In this document: in pieces, positions 1-14,590 of the stretch | Numbering within the stretch: the stretch's first letter is position 1 | How the letters are laid out: the number at the start of each line of letters is the position of its first letter | Assembly (NCBI RefSeq): GCF_006345805.1 | Contig: NC_043026.1 | Coordinates: 9,424,001 to 9,488,000 of the forward strand | DNA length: 64,000 nt | Origin: Octopus sinensis | Taxonomy: Eukaryota | Direction: 5' to 3' | Translations under genes and position numbers: made by a program | Notes under the pieces: generated by a model | The model's input: only the letters and a program-made list of their open reading frames with translations | The model's database searches: none | What the model was told of the DNA's origin: nothing

Positions 1-27
1 GCCCTAACCACTAGGCCATTGCGCCTC

Positions 28-30
<3 letters not shown>
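1..30 (-). mobile_element. 5' head of a tRNA-derived SINE (family S3), cut by the window edge
   Basis: Reverse complement GTGGAGGCGCAATGGCCTAGTGGTTAGGGC matches the head of the copy at 57742. Confidence 0.6.
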
Positions 31-58
<28 letters not shown>

Positions 59-567
59 CAGCCGAAATTACTAGGATGATCCGGTTCTTGACTGAAGATT
101 GAGGGCTTCGTATGTCCCGTCCGTGTTTTTTGTATCGTCTTCTAAATGTTTTACGTTCTTGTCCCAGTTTGTATTTTTCTGCATATAATATATTTATATA
201 TATATATAGTAGAAATATGTTATATACACATATATTCATACGCCCTTCCACTCACGTATACATAGATAGTAACATACATGCGTGCGCATATACATACAGT
301 CTAAGTACCAAACTTCTGACATTAGAATTCTCAGTTCCAGGAAGAAGAAAGTTCATTCGAAGACTACAGATCCCGAGGCGTCACTGGAACTGTAAGAATT
401 CGCCAAAGTTTATCATCTAAATATATATGCGCGTATCTAGACATACAGATCAACACCTGCATATATATACGTGCGTACGAATAGACACACACACACATTC
501 AACTATGTGTGTGTGTGTGTGATACGATCACATCGTCAGTTACCAAGTTATTTTTGTGGTTCTCTAT

Positions 568-965
568 TGATCTTTTCGGTTTGACCGGCAGTTTTTTTAA
601 ATAATTTCCACGTAACTAAACGCTTTTAAACTTCGTATACTGGTAGAATGTGTTACATAAAACATCTTTTCCTCTTGGCTTTATTGAGAAAATGCTATAG
701 TTTGTAAGATATTTGTTGTTTTTTTTCTGCAATTTCAACCAATCACTGACGTCTATTGAGGTAAAAAAAAATATTCTGTGCTGTATGAATATGTCCCTCG
801 TTTAAGAAACAGATTGGGTTTATTTACATTTCTGAAGAAAAAATGATACCCTCCCACTACCCCTAAAACATTGAAATGCAATAGATCGATTCTAGGGTCA
901 TAATTATGGGTGACAATTTCATACGACACCGCTAGAAAAAACTGTCATTCAAACTGAAAAGATCC
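568..965. mobile_element. MITE family E copy
   Basis: Ends GATCTTTTCGGTTTGACCGGCAG and CTGTCATTCAAACTGAAAAGATCC are inverted repeats; the internal sequence matches 35021-35582 and 43766-44196 in reverse orientation. Confidence 0.7.
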
Positions 966-1239
966 CAATTTTGAATAATTAGATATTTTATATGGACATT
1001 CGCAAAATTCTGGTCATTAAATAATTTGAAGGTTAGTATGAGAATGGATGTGACAAGAACTTCGAAAGCGCACCGTCATACTTTGTATATGAGATGAAAT
1101 TCAGAAAATAAACATAGAGAGAAACGGATCACATTCTTTTATTTGTTGAATTGGATTAATTTTAGATTTCACAGAATGAAAGTTATAAAATATGAAATTT
1201 CATAGCAATTTTATAAGCGAATACTGCAATTCGTATATA

Positions 1240-1955
1240 GGCGCAGGAGTGGCTGTGTGGTAAGTAGCTTGCTCACCAACCACATGGTTCCGGATTCAGT
1301 CCCACTGCGTGGCACCTTGAGCAAGTGTCTTCAACTATAGCCTCGGGCCGACCAAAGCCTTGTGAGTGGATTTGGTAGATGGAAACTGAAAGAAGCCCGT
1401 CGTATATACATATATGTAGGCGCAGGAGTGGCTGTGTGGTAAGTAGCTGTTTACCAACCACATGGTTCCGGGTTCAGTCCCACTGCATAGCACCTTAGGT
1501 AACTGTCTTCAACTATAGCCTCGGGCCGACCAAAGCCTTGTGAGTGGATTTGGTAGATGGAAACTGAAAGAAGCCCGTCGTATATATATATATGTAGGCG
1601 CAGGAGTGGATGTGTGGTAAGTAGCTTGTTTACCAACCACATGGTTCTGGGTTCAGTCCCACTGCATGGCACTTTAGGTAACTGTCTTCTACTATAGCCT
1701 CGGGCCAACCAAAGCCTTGTGAGGAGATTTGGTAGACGGAAACTGAAAGAAGACCGTCGTATATGTGTGCGTGTGTGTCTATATATCCTCCTAGCATTGA
1801 AGGACAACCGATGCTGGTGTGTTTATGACCCAGTAACTTAGCGATTCGGCAAAAAAGACCGATAGAATAATTACTAGGCTTATAATGAATAAGTCCTGGG
1901 GTCGATATGCTCGATTAAAGGCGGTCAGATGACTGAAACAAGTAAAAGAAAAAGA
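1240..1955 (+). mobile_element. tRNA-derived SINE family S1, with the head triplicated in tandem (starts 1240, 1419, 1597)
   Basis: GGCGCAGGAGTGGCTGTGTGGTAAG (A-box-like), GGTTCAGTCCC (B-box-like), CORE-like CCTTGGGCAAGT, an internal microsatellite and a single tail ending CAAGTAAAAGA. Confidence 0.85.
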
Positions 1956-2319
1956 GAGACTAAATTCCTACCTAAGGATACCGTCGTATCTCCAACATGA
2001 TATAAAACAACAAAGAATTGAAGAACCAAGCAAATGTAAGAGAAATACTTGAGAAAGGGAAGAAATTTCAACAAAAACGCACTTTACAGAAAAGATTTAT
2101 CTTCAACAAAACTGCGGTTATGAAATGTTGCAATAAAAATTACAAAGAGGAGTTTTAGGAAAAAATTTATTCAAGGGAGATAATTAGAAAGTTTCAGGTA
2201 ACCAAGGGAAACAACTGCGGATAGAATATTTCATCGAAAACTTGCATTTCTCACTCACTTAAAGGCTAAGTTGATAAGCGTGCGATGCAAGGGAGACAAC
2301 TGCGGATAGCTTTAACAAA

Positions 2320-5300
2320 ACAACGATTTCCTCCTCTCACTCGCAGGGAAGGACGATTTGCTCCTCTCAGTCGCAGGGAACAACGATTTGCTCCTCTCAC
2401 TCGCAGGAAACAACGATTTGCTCCTCTCACTTGCAGGGAACAACGATTTGCTCCTCTCACTCGCATGGAACAACGATTTGCTCCTCTCACTGCATGGACA
2501 ACGATTTGCTCCTCTCACTCGCAGGGACAACGATTTGCTCCTCTCACTTGCAGGGGAGAACGATTTGCTCCTCTCACTCGCAGGGAACAACGATTTGCTC
2601 CTCTCACTTGCAGGGAACAACGATTTGCTCCTCTCACTCGCAGGGAACAACGATTTGCTCCTCTCACTCGCAGGAACAACGATTTGCTCCTCTCACTCGC
2701 AGGGAACAACGATTTGCTCCTCTCACTCGCAGGGAACAACGATTTGCTCCTCTCACTCGCAGGGAACAACGATTTGCTCCTCTCACTCGCAGGGAACAAC
2801 GATTTGCTCCTCTCACTCGCAGGGAACAACGATTTGCTCCTCTCACTCGCAGGGAACAACGATTTGCTCCTCTCACTTGCAGGGACCAACGATTTGCTCC
2901 TCTCACTTGCAGGGAAGGACGATTTGCTCCTCTCACTTGCAGGGAAGGACGATTTGCTCCTCTCACTTGCAGGGAACAACGATTTGCTCCTCTCACTTGC
3001 AGGGAAGAACGATTTGCTCCTCTCATTTGCAGGGACCAACGATTTGCTCCTCTCACTTGCAGGGACCAACGATTTGCTCCTCTCACTTGCAGGGAACAAC
3101 GATTTGCTCCTCTCACTTGCAGGGAACAACGATTTGCTCCTCTCACTCGCAGGGAACAACGATTTGCTCCTCTCATTTGCAGGGACCAACGATTTGCTCC
3201 TCTCACTTGCAGGGACCAACGATTTGCTCCTCTCACTTGCAGGGAACAACGATTTGCTCCTCTCACTTGCAGGGAACAACGATTTGCTCCTCTCACTTGC
3301 AGGGAACAACGATTTGCTCCTCTCACTTGCAGGGAAGGACGATTTGCTCCTCTCACTCGCAGGGAAGGACGATTTGCTCCTCTCACTTGCAGGGACCAAC
3401 GATTTGCTCCTCTCACTTGCAGGGAAGAACGATTTGCTCCTCTCACTTGCAGGGAACAACGATTTGCTCCTCTCACTTGCAGGGACCAACGATTTGCTCC
3501 TCTCACTCGCAGGGAAGTACGATTTGCTCCTCTCACTTGCAGGGAACAACGATTTGCTCCTCTCACTTGCAGGGAAGAACGATTTGCTCCTCTCACTTGC
3601 AGGGAACAACGATTTGCTCCTCTCACTTGCAGGGACCACGATTTGCTCCTCTCACTTGCAGGGACAAGGAGCCAGGACCAACGATTTGCTCCTCTCACTT
3701 GCAGGGAACAACGATTTGCTCCTCTCACTTGCAGGGACCAACGATTTGCTCCTCTCACTTGCAGGGAAGGACGATTTGCTCCTCTCACTTGCAGGGAACA
3801 ACGATTTGCTCCTCTCACTCGCAGGGAATAACGATTTGCTCCTCTCACTTGCAGGGAACAACGATTTGCTCCTCTCATTTGCAGGGAACAACGATTTGCT
3901 CCTCTCACTTGCAGGGAACAACGATTTGCTCCTCTCACTTGCAGGGAACAACGATTTGCTCCTCTCACTTGCAGGGAACAACGATTTGCTCCTCTCACTT
4001 GCAGGGACCAACGATTTGCTCCTCTCACTTGCAGGGAAGGACGATTTGCTCCTCTCACTTGCAGGGAAAACGATTTGCTCCTCTCACTCGCAGGGAATAA
4101 CGATTTGCTCCTCTCCACTCGCAGGGAACAACGATTTGCTCCTCTCACTTGCAGGGAACAACGATTTGCTCCTCTCACTTGCAGGGAACAACGATTTGCT
4201 CCTCTCACTCGCAGGGAATAACGATTTGCTCCTCTCACTCGCAGGAACAACGATTTGCTCCTCTCACTTGCAGGGACCAACGATTTGCTCCTCTCACTCG
4301 CAGGGAACAACGATTGGCTCCTCTCACTTGCAGGAACAACGATTTGCTCCTCTCACTTGCAGGTAATGAATTTGCTCCTCTCACTCGCAGGGAACAACGA
4401 TTTGCTCCCTCACTCGCAGGGAACAACGATTGCTCCTCTCACTTGCAGGTAATGACGATTTGCTCCTCTCACTTGCAGGGAACAACGATTTGCTCCTTCA
4501 CTCGCAGGAACAACGATTTGCTCCTCTCACTTGCGGGGTAATGACGATTTGCTCCTCTCACTTGCAGGGAACAACGATTTGCTCCTCTCTTGCAGGGAAG
4601 GACGATTTGCTCCTCTCACTTGCAGGGAACAACGATTTGCTCCTCTCACTCGCAGGGAAGAACGATTTGCTCCTCTCACTTGCAGGGAACAACGATTTGC
4701 TCCTCTCACTCGCAGGGAACAACGATTTGCTCCTCTCACTTGCAGGGAACAACGATTTGCTCCTCTCACTTGCAGGGAAGGACGATTTGCTCCTCTCACT
4801 CGCAGGGAACAACGATTTGCTCCTCTCACTCGCAGGGAACAACGATTTGCTCCTCTCACTTGCAGGGAACAACGATTGCTCCTCTCAACTCGCAGGGAAC
4901 AACGATTTGCTCCTCTCACTTGCAGGGAACAACGATTTGCTCCTCTCACTCGCAGGGAAGGACGATTTGCTCCTCTCACTCGCAGGGAACAACGATTTGC
5001 TCCTCTCACTCGCAGGGCAGGACGATTTGCTCTCTCACTTGCAGGGAACAACGATTTGCTCCTCTCACTTGCAGGGACAACGATTTGCTCCTCTCACTGC
5101 AGGGAACAACGATTTGCTCCTCTCACTCGCAGGGAACAACGATTTGCTCCTCTCACTCGCAGGGAACAACGATTTGCTCCTCTCACTCGCAGGGAAGACG
5201 ATTTGCTCCTCTCACTCGCAGGGAACAACGATTTGCTCCTCTCACTCGCAGGGAACAACGATTTGCTCCTCTCATTGCAGGGAACAACGATTTGCTCTCT

Positions 5301-8300
5301 CACTCGCAGGGAACAACGATTTGCTCCTCTCACTGCAGGTAATGACGATTTGCTCCTCTCACTTGCAGGGAAAACGATTTGCTCCTCTCACTTGCAGGGA
5401 ACAACGATTGGCTCCTCTCACTCGCAGGGAACAACGATTTGCTCCTCTCACTTGCAGGTAATGACGATTTGCTCTCCTCACTTGCAGGGACAACGATTTG
5501 CTCCTCTCCTTTTGCCAGGGGGAACAACGATTTGCTCCTCTCACTCGCAGGGAACAACGATTTGCTCCTCTCACTTGCAGGTAATGACGATTTGCTCCTC
5601 TCACTTGCAGGGAACAACGATTTGCTCCTCTCACTTGCAGGGAACAACGATTTGCTCCTCTCACTCGCAGGGAACAACGATTTGCTCCTCTCACTTGCAG
5701 GTAATGACGATTTGCTCCTCTCACTTGCAGGGAACAACGATTTGCTCCTCTCACTTGCAGGGAACAACGATTTGCTCCTCTCACTCGCAGGGAACAACGA
5801 TTTGCTCCTCTCACTTGCAGGTAATGACGATTTGCTCCTCTCACTTGCAGGGAACAACGATTTGCTCCTCTCACTCGCAGGGAACAACGATTTGCTCCTC
5901 TCACTTGCAGGTAATGACGATTTGCTCCTCTCACTTGCAGGGAACAACCATTTGCTCCTCTCACTCGCAGGGAACAACGATTTGCTCCTCTCACTTGCAG
6001 GTAATGACGATTTGCTCCTCTCACTCGCAGGGAACAACGATTTGCTCCTTTCACTCGCAGGAACAACAACGATTTGCTCCTCTCACTTGCAGGGAACAAC
6101 GATTTGCTCCTTCACTCGCAGGGAACAACGATTTGCTCCTTTCACTCGCAGGGAACAACGATTTGCTCCTTTCACACTCGCAGGGAACAACGATTTGCTC
6201 CTCTCACCGCAGGGAACAACGATTTGCTCCTCTCACTCGCAGGGAACAACGATTTGCTCCTTTCACTCGCAGGGAACAACGATTTGCTCCTCTCACTCGC
6301 AGGGAACAACGATTTGCTCCTCTCACTCGCAGGGACAACGATTTGCTCCTCTCACTTGCAGGGAACAACGATTTGCTCCTCTCACTTGCAGGGAACAACG
6401 ATTTGCTCCTCTCACTCGCAGGGAACTACGATTTGCTCCTCTCACTCGCAGGGAAGGACGATTTGCTCCTCTCACTCACAGGGAAGGACGATTTGCTCCT
6501 CTCACTTGCAGGGACCAACGATTTGCTCCTCTCACTTGCAGGGCCAACGATTTGCTCTTCTCACTTGCAGGGAACAACGATTTGCTCCTCTCACTTGCAG
6601 GGAGACGATTTGCTCCTCCCACTCGCAGGGAAGAACGATTTTCTCCTCTCACTTGCAGGGAACAACGATTTGCTCCTCTCACTCGCAGGGAAGTACGATT
6701 TGCTCCTCTCACTTGCAGGGAACAACGATTTGCTCCTCTCACTTGCAGGGAGAACGATTTGCTCCTCTCACTTGCAGGGAAGGACGATTTGCTCCTCTCA
6801 CTTGCAGGGAAGGACGATTTGCTCCTCTCACTTGCAGGGAACAACGATTTGCTCCTCTCACTCGCAGGGAAGTACGATTTGCTCCTCTCACTTGCAGGGA
6901 AGGACGATTTGCTCCTCTCACTTGCAGGGAAGGACGATTTGCTCCTCTCACTTGCAGGGAACAACGATTTGCTCCTCTCACTTGCAGGAAGAACGATTTG
7001 CTCCTCTCACTTGCAGGGAACAACGATTTGCTCCTCTCACTCGCAGGGACCAACGATTTGCTCCTCTCACTTGCAGGGAACAACGATTTGCTCCTCTCAC
7101 TTGCAGGGAGGACGATTTGCTCCTCTCACTTGCAGGGAAGGACAATTTGCTCCTCTCACTTGCAGGGACCAACGATTTGCTCCTCTCACTTGCAGGGACA
7201 ACGATTTGCTCCTCTCACTTGCAGGGAACAACGATTTGCTCCTCTCACGTGCAGGGAACAACGATTTGCTCCTCTCACTTGCAGGGACAACGATTTGCTC
7301 CTCTCACTTGCAGGGACCAACGATTTGCTTCTCTCACTCGCAGGGAACAACGATTTGCTCCTCTCACTCGCAGGGAACAACGATTTGCTCCTCTCACTTG
7401 CAGGGAACAACGATTTGCTCCTCTCACTTGCAGGGAACAACGATTTGCTCCTCTCACTCGCATGGAACAACGATTTGCTCCTCTCACTTGCAGGGAACAA
7501 CGATTTGCTTCTCTCACTCGCAGGGAAGAACGATTTGCTCCACTCACTCGCAGGGAAGTACGATTTGCTCCTCTCACTTGCAGGGAACAACGATATGCTC
7601 CTCTCACTTGCAGGGAAGAACGATTTGCTCCTCTCACTTGCAGGGAAGAACGATTTTCTCCTCTCACTTGCAGGGAACAACGATTTGCTCCTCTCACTTG
7701 CAGGGAACAACGATTTGCTCCTCTCACTCGCAGGGAACAACGATTTGCTCCTCTCACTTGCAGGGAACAACGATTTGCTCCTCTCACTCGCAGGGAACAA
7801 CGATTTGCTCCTCTCACTCGCAGGGAACAACGATTTCCTCCTCTCACTCGCAGGGAACAACGATTTGCTCCTCTCACTCGCAGGGAAGGACGATTTGCTC
7901 CTCTCACTCGCAGGGAACAACGATTTGCTCCTCTCACTCGCAGGGAACAACGATTTGCTCCTGTCACTTGCAGGGAAGGACGATTTGCTCCTCTCACTCG
8001 CAGGGAAGAACGATTTGCTCCTCTCACTCGCAGGGAACAACGATTTGCTCCTCTCACTTGCAGGGAACAACGATTTGCTCCTCTCACTCGCAGGGAATAA
8101 CGATTTGCTCCTCTCACTTGCAGGAAACAACGATTTGCTCCTCTCACTTGCAGGGAAGAACGATTTGCTCCTCTCACTTGCAGGGAACAACGATTTGCTC
8201 CTCTCACTCGCAGGGAAGAACGATTTGCTCCTCTCACTTGCAGGGAAGAACGATTTGCTCCTCTCACTTGCAGAGAAGAACGATTTGCTCCTCTCACTCG

Positions 8301-11300
8301 CAGGGAACAACGATTTGCTCCTCTCACTTGCAGGGAGGACGATTTGCTCCTCTCACTTGCAGGGAACAACGATTTGCTCCTCTCACTCGCAGGGAACAAC
8401 GATTTGCTCCTCTCACTCGCAGGGAACAACGATTTGCTCCTCTCACTTGCAAGGAACAACGATTTGCTCCTCTCACTTGCAGGGAACAACGATTTGCTCT
8501 CTCACTTGCAGGGAACAACGATTTGCTCCTTTCACTTGCAGGGAAGGACGATTTGATCCTCTCACTTGCAGGGAAGAACGATTTGCTCCTCTCACTTGCA
8601 GGGAACAACGATTTGCTCCTCTCAGTTGCAGGGAAGGACGATTTGCTCCTCTCACTTGCAGCGAACAACGATTTGCTCTCTCACTTGCAGGGAACAACGA
8701 TTTGCTCTCTCACTCGCAGGGAACAACGATTTGCTCCTCTCATTTGCAGGGAACAACGATTTGCTCCTCTCACTCGCAGGGAACAACGATTTGCTCCTCT
8801 CACTTGCAGGGGAGAACGATTTGCTCCACTCACTCGCAGGGAACAACGATTTGCTCCTCTCACTTGCAGGGAACAACGATTTGCTCCTCTCACTTGCAGG
8901 GAACACGATTTGCTCCTCTCACTTGCAGGGAACAACGATTTGCTCCTCTCACTTGCAGGGACCAACGATTTGCTCCTCTCACTTGCAGGGACCAACGATT
9001 TGCTTCTCTCACTCGCAGGGAACAACGATTTGCTCCTCTCACTCGCAGGGAACAACGATTTGCTCCTCTCACTTGCAGGGAACAACGATTTGCTCCTCTC
9101 ACTTGCAGGGAACAACGATTTGCTCCTCTCACTCGCAGGGAAGAACGATTTGCTCCACTCACTCGCAGGGAGTACGATTTGCTCCTCTCACTTGCAGGGA
9201 ACAACGATTTGCTCCTCTCACTTGCAGGGAACAACGATTTGCTCCTCTCACTCGCAGGGAACAACGATTTGCTCCTCTCACTTGCAGGGAACAACGATTT
9301 GCTCCTCTCACTCGCAGGGAACAACGATTTGCTCCTCTCACTCGCAGGGAACAACGATTTGCTCCTCTCACTCGCAGGGAACAACGATTTGCTCCTCTCA
9401 CTCGCAGGGAAGGACGATTTGCTCCTCTCACTCGCAGGGAACAACGATTTGCTCTCCTCTCACTCGCAGGGAACAACGATTTGCTCCTGTCACTTGCAGG
9501 GAAGGACGATTTGCTCCTCTCACTTGCAGGGAAGGACGATTTGCTCCTCTCACTTGCAGGGAACAACGATTTGCTCCTCTCACTCGCAGGGAAGTACGAT
9601 TTGCTCCTCTCACTTGCAGGGAAGGACGATTTGCTCCTCTCACTTGCAGGGAAGGACGATTTGCTCCTCTCACTTGCAGGGAACAACGATTTGCTCCTCT
9701 CACTTGCAGGGAAGAACGATTTGCTCCTCTCACTTGCAGGGAACAACGATTTGCTCCTCTCACTCGCAGGGACCAACGATTTGCTCCTCTCACTTGCAGG
9801 GAACAACGATTTGCTCCTCTCTCACTTGCAGGGAAGGACGATTTGCTCCTCTCACTTGCAGGGAAGGACAATTTGCTCCTCTCACTTGCAGGGACCAACG
9901 ATTTGCTCCTCTCACTTGCAGGGAACAACGATTTGCTCCTCTCACTTGCAGGGAACAACGATTTGCTCCTCTCACTTGCAGGGAACAACGATTTGCTCCT
10001 CTCACTTGCAGGGACCAACGATTTGCTCCTCTCACTTGCAGGGACCAACGATTTGCTTCTCTCACTCGCAGGAACAACGATTTGCTCCTCTCACTCGCAG
10101 GGAACAACGATTTGCTCCTCACTGACTCCTCTCTCTCACTTGCAGGGAACAACGATTTGCTCCTCTCACTTGCAGGGAACAACGATTTGCTCCTCTCACT
10201 CGCAGGGAAGAACGATTTGCTCCACTCACTTGCAGGGAAGTACGATTTGCTCCTCTCACTTGCAGGGAACAACGATATGCTCCTCTGACTTGCAGGGAAG
10301 AACGATTTGCTCCTCTCACTTGCAGGGAAGAACGATTTGCTCCTCTCACTTGCAGGGAACAACGATTTGCTCCTCTCACTTGCAGGGAACAACGATTTGC
10401 TCCTCTCACTCGCAGGGAACAACGATTTGCTCCTCTCACTTGCAGGGAACAACGATTTGCTCCTCTCACTCGCAGGGAACAACGATTTGCTCCTCTCACT
10501 CGCAGGGAACAACGATTTGCTCCTCTCACTCGCAGGGAACAACGATTTGCTCCTCTCACTCGCAGGGAAGGACGATTTGCTCCTCTCACTCGCAGGGAAC
10601 AACGATTTGCTCCTCTCACTCGCAGGGAACAACGATTTGCTCCTGTCACTTGCAGGGAAGGACGATTTGCTCCTCTCACTCGCAGGGAAGAACGATTTGC
10701 TCCTCTCACTCGCAGGGAACAACGATTTGCTCCTCTCACTTGCAGGGAACAACGATTTGCTCCTCTCACTCGCAGGGAATAACGATTTGCTCCTCTCACT
10801 TGCAGGAAACAACGATTTGCTCCTCTCACTTGCAGGGGAGAACGATTTGCTCCTCTCACTTGCAGGGAACAACGATTTGCTCCTCTCACTCGCAGGGAAC
10901 AACGATTTGCTCCTCCTCTCACTTGCAGGGAAGAACGATTTGCTCCTCTCACTTGCAGGAAGAACGATTTGCTCCTCTCACTCGCAGGGAACAACGATTT
11001 GCTCCTCTCACTTGCAGGGAAGGACGATTTGCTCCTCTCACTTGCAGGGAACAACGATTTGCTCCTCTCACTTGCAGGGAACAACGATTTGCTCCTCTCA
11101 CTCGCAGGAACAACGATTTGCTCCTCTCACTCGCAGGGAACAACGATTTGCTCCTCTCACTTGCAAGGAACAACGATTTGCTCCTCTCACTTGCAGGGAA
11201 CAACGATTTGCTCCTCTCACTTGCAGGGAACAACGATTTGCTCCTTTCACTTGCAGGGAAGGACGATTTGATCCTCTCACTTGCAGGGAAGAACGATTTG

Positions 11301-14300
11301 CTCCTCTCACTTGCAGGGAACAACGATTTGCTCCTCTCAGTTGCAGGAAGGACGATTTGCTCCTCTCACTTGCAGCGAACAACGATTTGCTCTCTCACTT
11401 GCAGGGAACAACGATTTGCTCTCTCTCACTCGCAGGGAACAACGATTTGCTCCTCTCATTTGCAGGGAACAACGATTTGCTCCTCTCACTCGCAGGGAAC
11501 AACGATTTGCTCCTCTCACTTGCAGGGGAGAACGATTTGCTCCACTCACTCGCAGGGAACAACGATTTGCTCCTCTCACTTGCAGGGAACAACGATTTGC
11601 TCCTCTCACTTGCAGGGAACAACGATTTGCTCCTCTCACTTGCAGGGAACAACGATTTGCTCCTCTCACTTGCAGGGACCAACGATTTGCTCCTCTCACT
11701 TGCAGGGACCAACGATTTGCTTCTCTCACTCGCAGGGAACAACGATTTGCTCCTCTCACTCGCAGGGAACAACGATTTGCTCCTCTCACTTGCAGGGAAC
11801 AACGATTTGCTCCTCTCACTTGCAGGGAACAACGATTTGCTCCTCTCACTCGCAGGGAAGAACGATTTGCTCCACTCACTCGCAGGGAAGTACGATTTGC
11901 TCCTCTCACTTGCAGGGAACAACGATTTGCTCCTCTCACTTGCAGGGAACAACGATTTGCTCTCACTCGCAGGGAACAACGATTGCTCTCCTCTCACTTG
12001 CAGGGAACAACGATTTGCTCCTCTCACTCGCAGGGAACAACGATTTGCTCCTCTCACTCGCAGGGAACAACGATTTGCTCCTCTCACTCGCAGGGAACAA
12101 CGATTTGCTCCTCTCACTCGCAGGGAAGGACGATTTGCTCCTCTCACTCGCAGGGAACAACGATTTGCTCCTCTCACTCGCAGGGAACAACGATTTGCTC
12201 CTGTCACTTGCAGGGAAGGACGATTTGCTCCTCTCACTCGCAGGGAAGAACGATTTGCTCCTCTCACTCGCAGGGAACAACGATTTGCTCCTCTCACTCG
12301 CAGGGAACAACGATTTGCTCCTCTCACTCGCAGGGAACAACGATTTGCTCCTCTCACTTGCAAGGAACAACGATTTGCTCCTCTCACTTGCAGGGAAGGA
12401 CGATTTGCTCCTCTCACTTGCAGGGAACAACGATTTGCTCCTTTCACTTGCAGGGAAGGACGATTTGATCCTCTCACTTGCAGGGAAGAACGATTTGCTC
12501 CTCTCACTTGCAGGGAACAACGATTTGCTCTCTCTCACTTGCAGGGAAGGACGATTTGCTCCTCTCACTTGCAGCGAACAACGATTTGCTCTCTCACTTG
12601 CAGGGAACAACGATTTGCTCTCTCACTCGCAGGGAACAACGATTTGCTCCTCTCATTTGCAGGGAACAACGATTTGCTCCTCTCACTCGCAGGGAACAAC
12701 GATTTGCTCCTCTCACTTGCAGGAACAACGATTTGCTCCACTCACTCGCAGGGAACAACGATTTGCTCCTCTCACTTGCAGGGAACAACGATTTGCTCCT
12801 CTCACTTGCAGGGAACAACGATTTGCTCCTCTCACTCGCAGGGAACAACGATTTGCTCCTCTCACTCGCAGGAAACGATTTGTTTGCCCCTCTCACTTGC
12901 AGGGAAGGACGATTTGCTCCTCTCACTCGCAGGGAACAACGATTTGCTCCTCTCACTTGCAGGGAACAACGATTTGCTCCTCTCACTTGCAGGGAACAAC
13001 GATTTGCTCCTCTCACTCGCAGGGAACAACGATTTGCTCCTCTCACTTGCAGGGAACAACGATTTGCTCCTCTCACTCGCAGGAACAACGATTTGCTCCT
13101 CTCACTCGCAGGGAACAACGATTGCTCCTCTCACTTGCAGGGAACAACGATTTGCTCCTCTCACTCGCAGGGAACAACGATTTGCTCCTCTCACTTGCAG
13201 GGAACGACGATTTGCTCCTCTCACTTGCAGGGAACGACGATTTGCTCCTCTCACTTGCAGGGAACAACGATTTGCTCCTCTCACTTGCAGGGAAGGACGA
13301 TTTGCTCCTCTCTCTTGCAGGGAACAACGATTTGCTCCTCTCACTTGCAGGGACAACGATTTGCTCCTCTCACTCGCAGGGAACAACGATTTGCTCCTCT
13401 CACTTGCAGGGACAACGATTTGCTCCTCTCACTTGCAGGGAAGGACGATTTGCTCCTCTCACTTGCAGGGAACAACGATTTGCTCCTCTCACTTGCAGGG
13501 AACAACGATTTTCTCCTCTCACTTGCAGGGAACAACGATTTGCTCCTCTCACTTGCAGGGAACAACGATTTGCTCCTCTCACTTGTAGGGAACAACGATT
13601 TGCTCCTCTCACTTGCAGGGAACAACGATTTGCTCCTCTCACTCGCAGGGAACAACGATTTGCTCCTCTCACTCGCAGGGAACAACGATTTACTCCGCTC
13701 ACTCGCAGGGAACGATTTGCTCCTCTCACTCACTCGCAGGGAACAACGATTTGCTCCTCTCACTCGCAGGGAAGGACGATTTGCTCCCTCACTCGCAGGG
13801 AACAACGATTTGCCCCTCTCACTCGCAGGGAACAACGATTTGCTCCCTCACTCGCAGGGAACAACGATTTGCTCCTCTCACTCGCAGGGAACAACGATTT
13901 GCTCCTCTCACTTGCAGGGAACAACGATTTGCTCCTCTCACTTGCAGGGAACAACGATTTGCTCCTCTCACTGGCAGGGAACAACGATTTGCTCCTCTCA
14001 CTCGCAGGGAACAACGATTGATTTGCTCCTCTCACTCGCAGGTAACAACGATTTGCTCCTCTCACTCGCAGGGAACGACGATTTGCTCCTCTCACTTGCA
14101 GGGAACGACGATTTGCTCCTCTCACTCGCAGGGAACAACGATTTGCTCCTCTCACTCGCAGGGAACAACGATTTGCTCCTCTCACTCGCAGGGAACAACG
14201 ATTTGCTCCTCTCACTTGCAGGGAAGGACGATTTGCTCCTCTCACTTGCAGGGAACAACGATTTGCTCCTCTCACTTGCAGGGAACAACGATTTACTCCG

Positions 14301-14590
14301 CTCACTCGCAGGGAACGATTTGCTCCTCTCACTCGCAGGGAACAACGATTTGCTCCTCTCACTCGCAGGGAACAACGATTTGCTCCTCTCACTCGCAGGG
14401 AAGGACGATTTGCTCCTCTCACTCGCAGGGAACAACGATTTGCTCCTCTCACTGGCAGGGAACAACGATTTGCTCCTCTCACTCGCAGGCAACAACGATT
14501 TGCTCCTCCCACTCGCAGTGAACAACGATTTACGCCTCTCACTCGCAGGGAACAACAATTTGCTCTTCTTACTAGTAGGGAACAATTGAT
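2320..14590. repeat. 30-bp minisatellite/satellite array, consensus CAGGGAACAACGATTTGCTCCTCTCACT(T/C)G, roughly 400 copies
   Basis: Directly visible 30-nt periodicity; degenerate copies continue to ~14690; explains the overlapping 10-aa-repeat ORFs in five reading frames. Confidence 0.98.

Noticed and set aside
970-1110. Second Merlin transposase scrap (YFVYEMKFRK-like)
   Set aside because: Only a few residues resemble the motif and several frameshifts would be needed.
2266-14589. Dozens of long ORFs (up to 2880 aa) on both strands as individual genes
   Set aside because: They are frame-shifting translations of one 30-bp repeat that lacks stops in five of six frames; not independent evidence of genes.
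2320-14590. CRISPR array
   Set aside because: Units are contiguous with no unique spacers, there are no cas genes, and the context is eukaryotic.
2320-14590. Leucine-rich-repeat domain (LSLAGNNDL resembles LxLxxNxL)
   Set aside because: The period is 10 aa, whereas LRR units are about 20-30 aa; the resemblance is probably coincidental.
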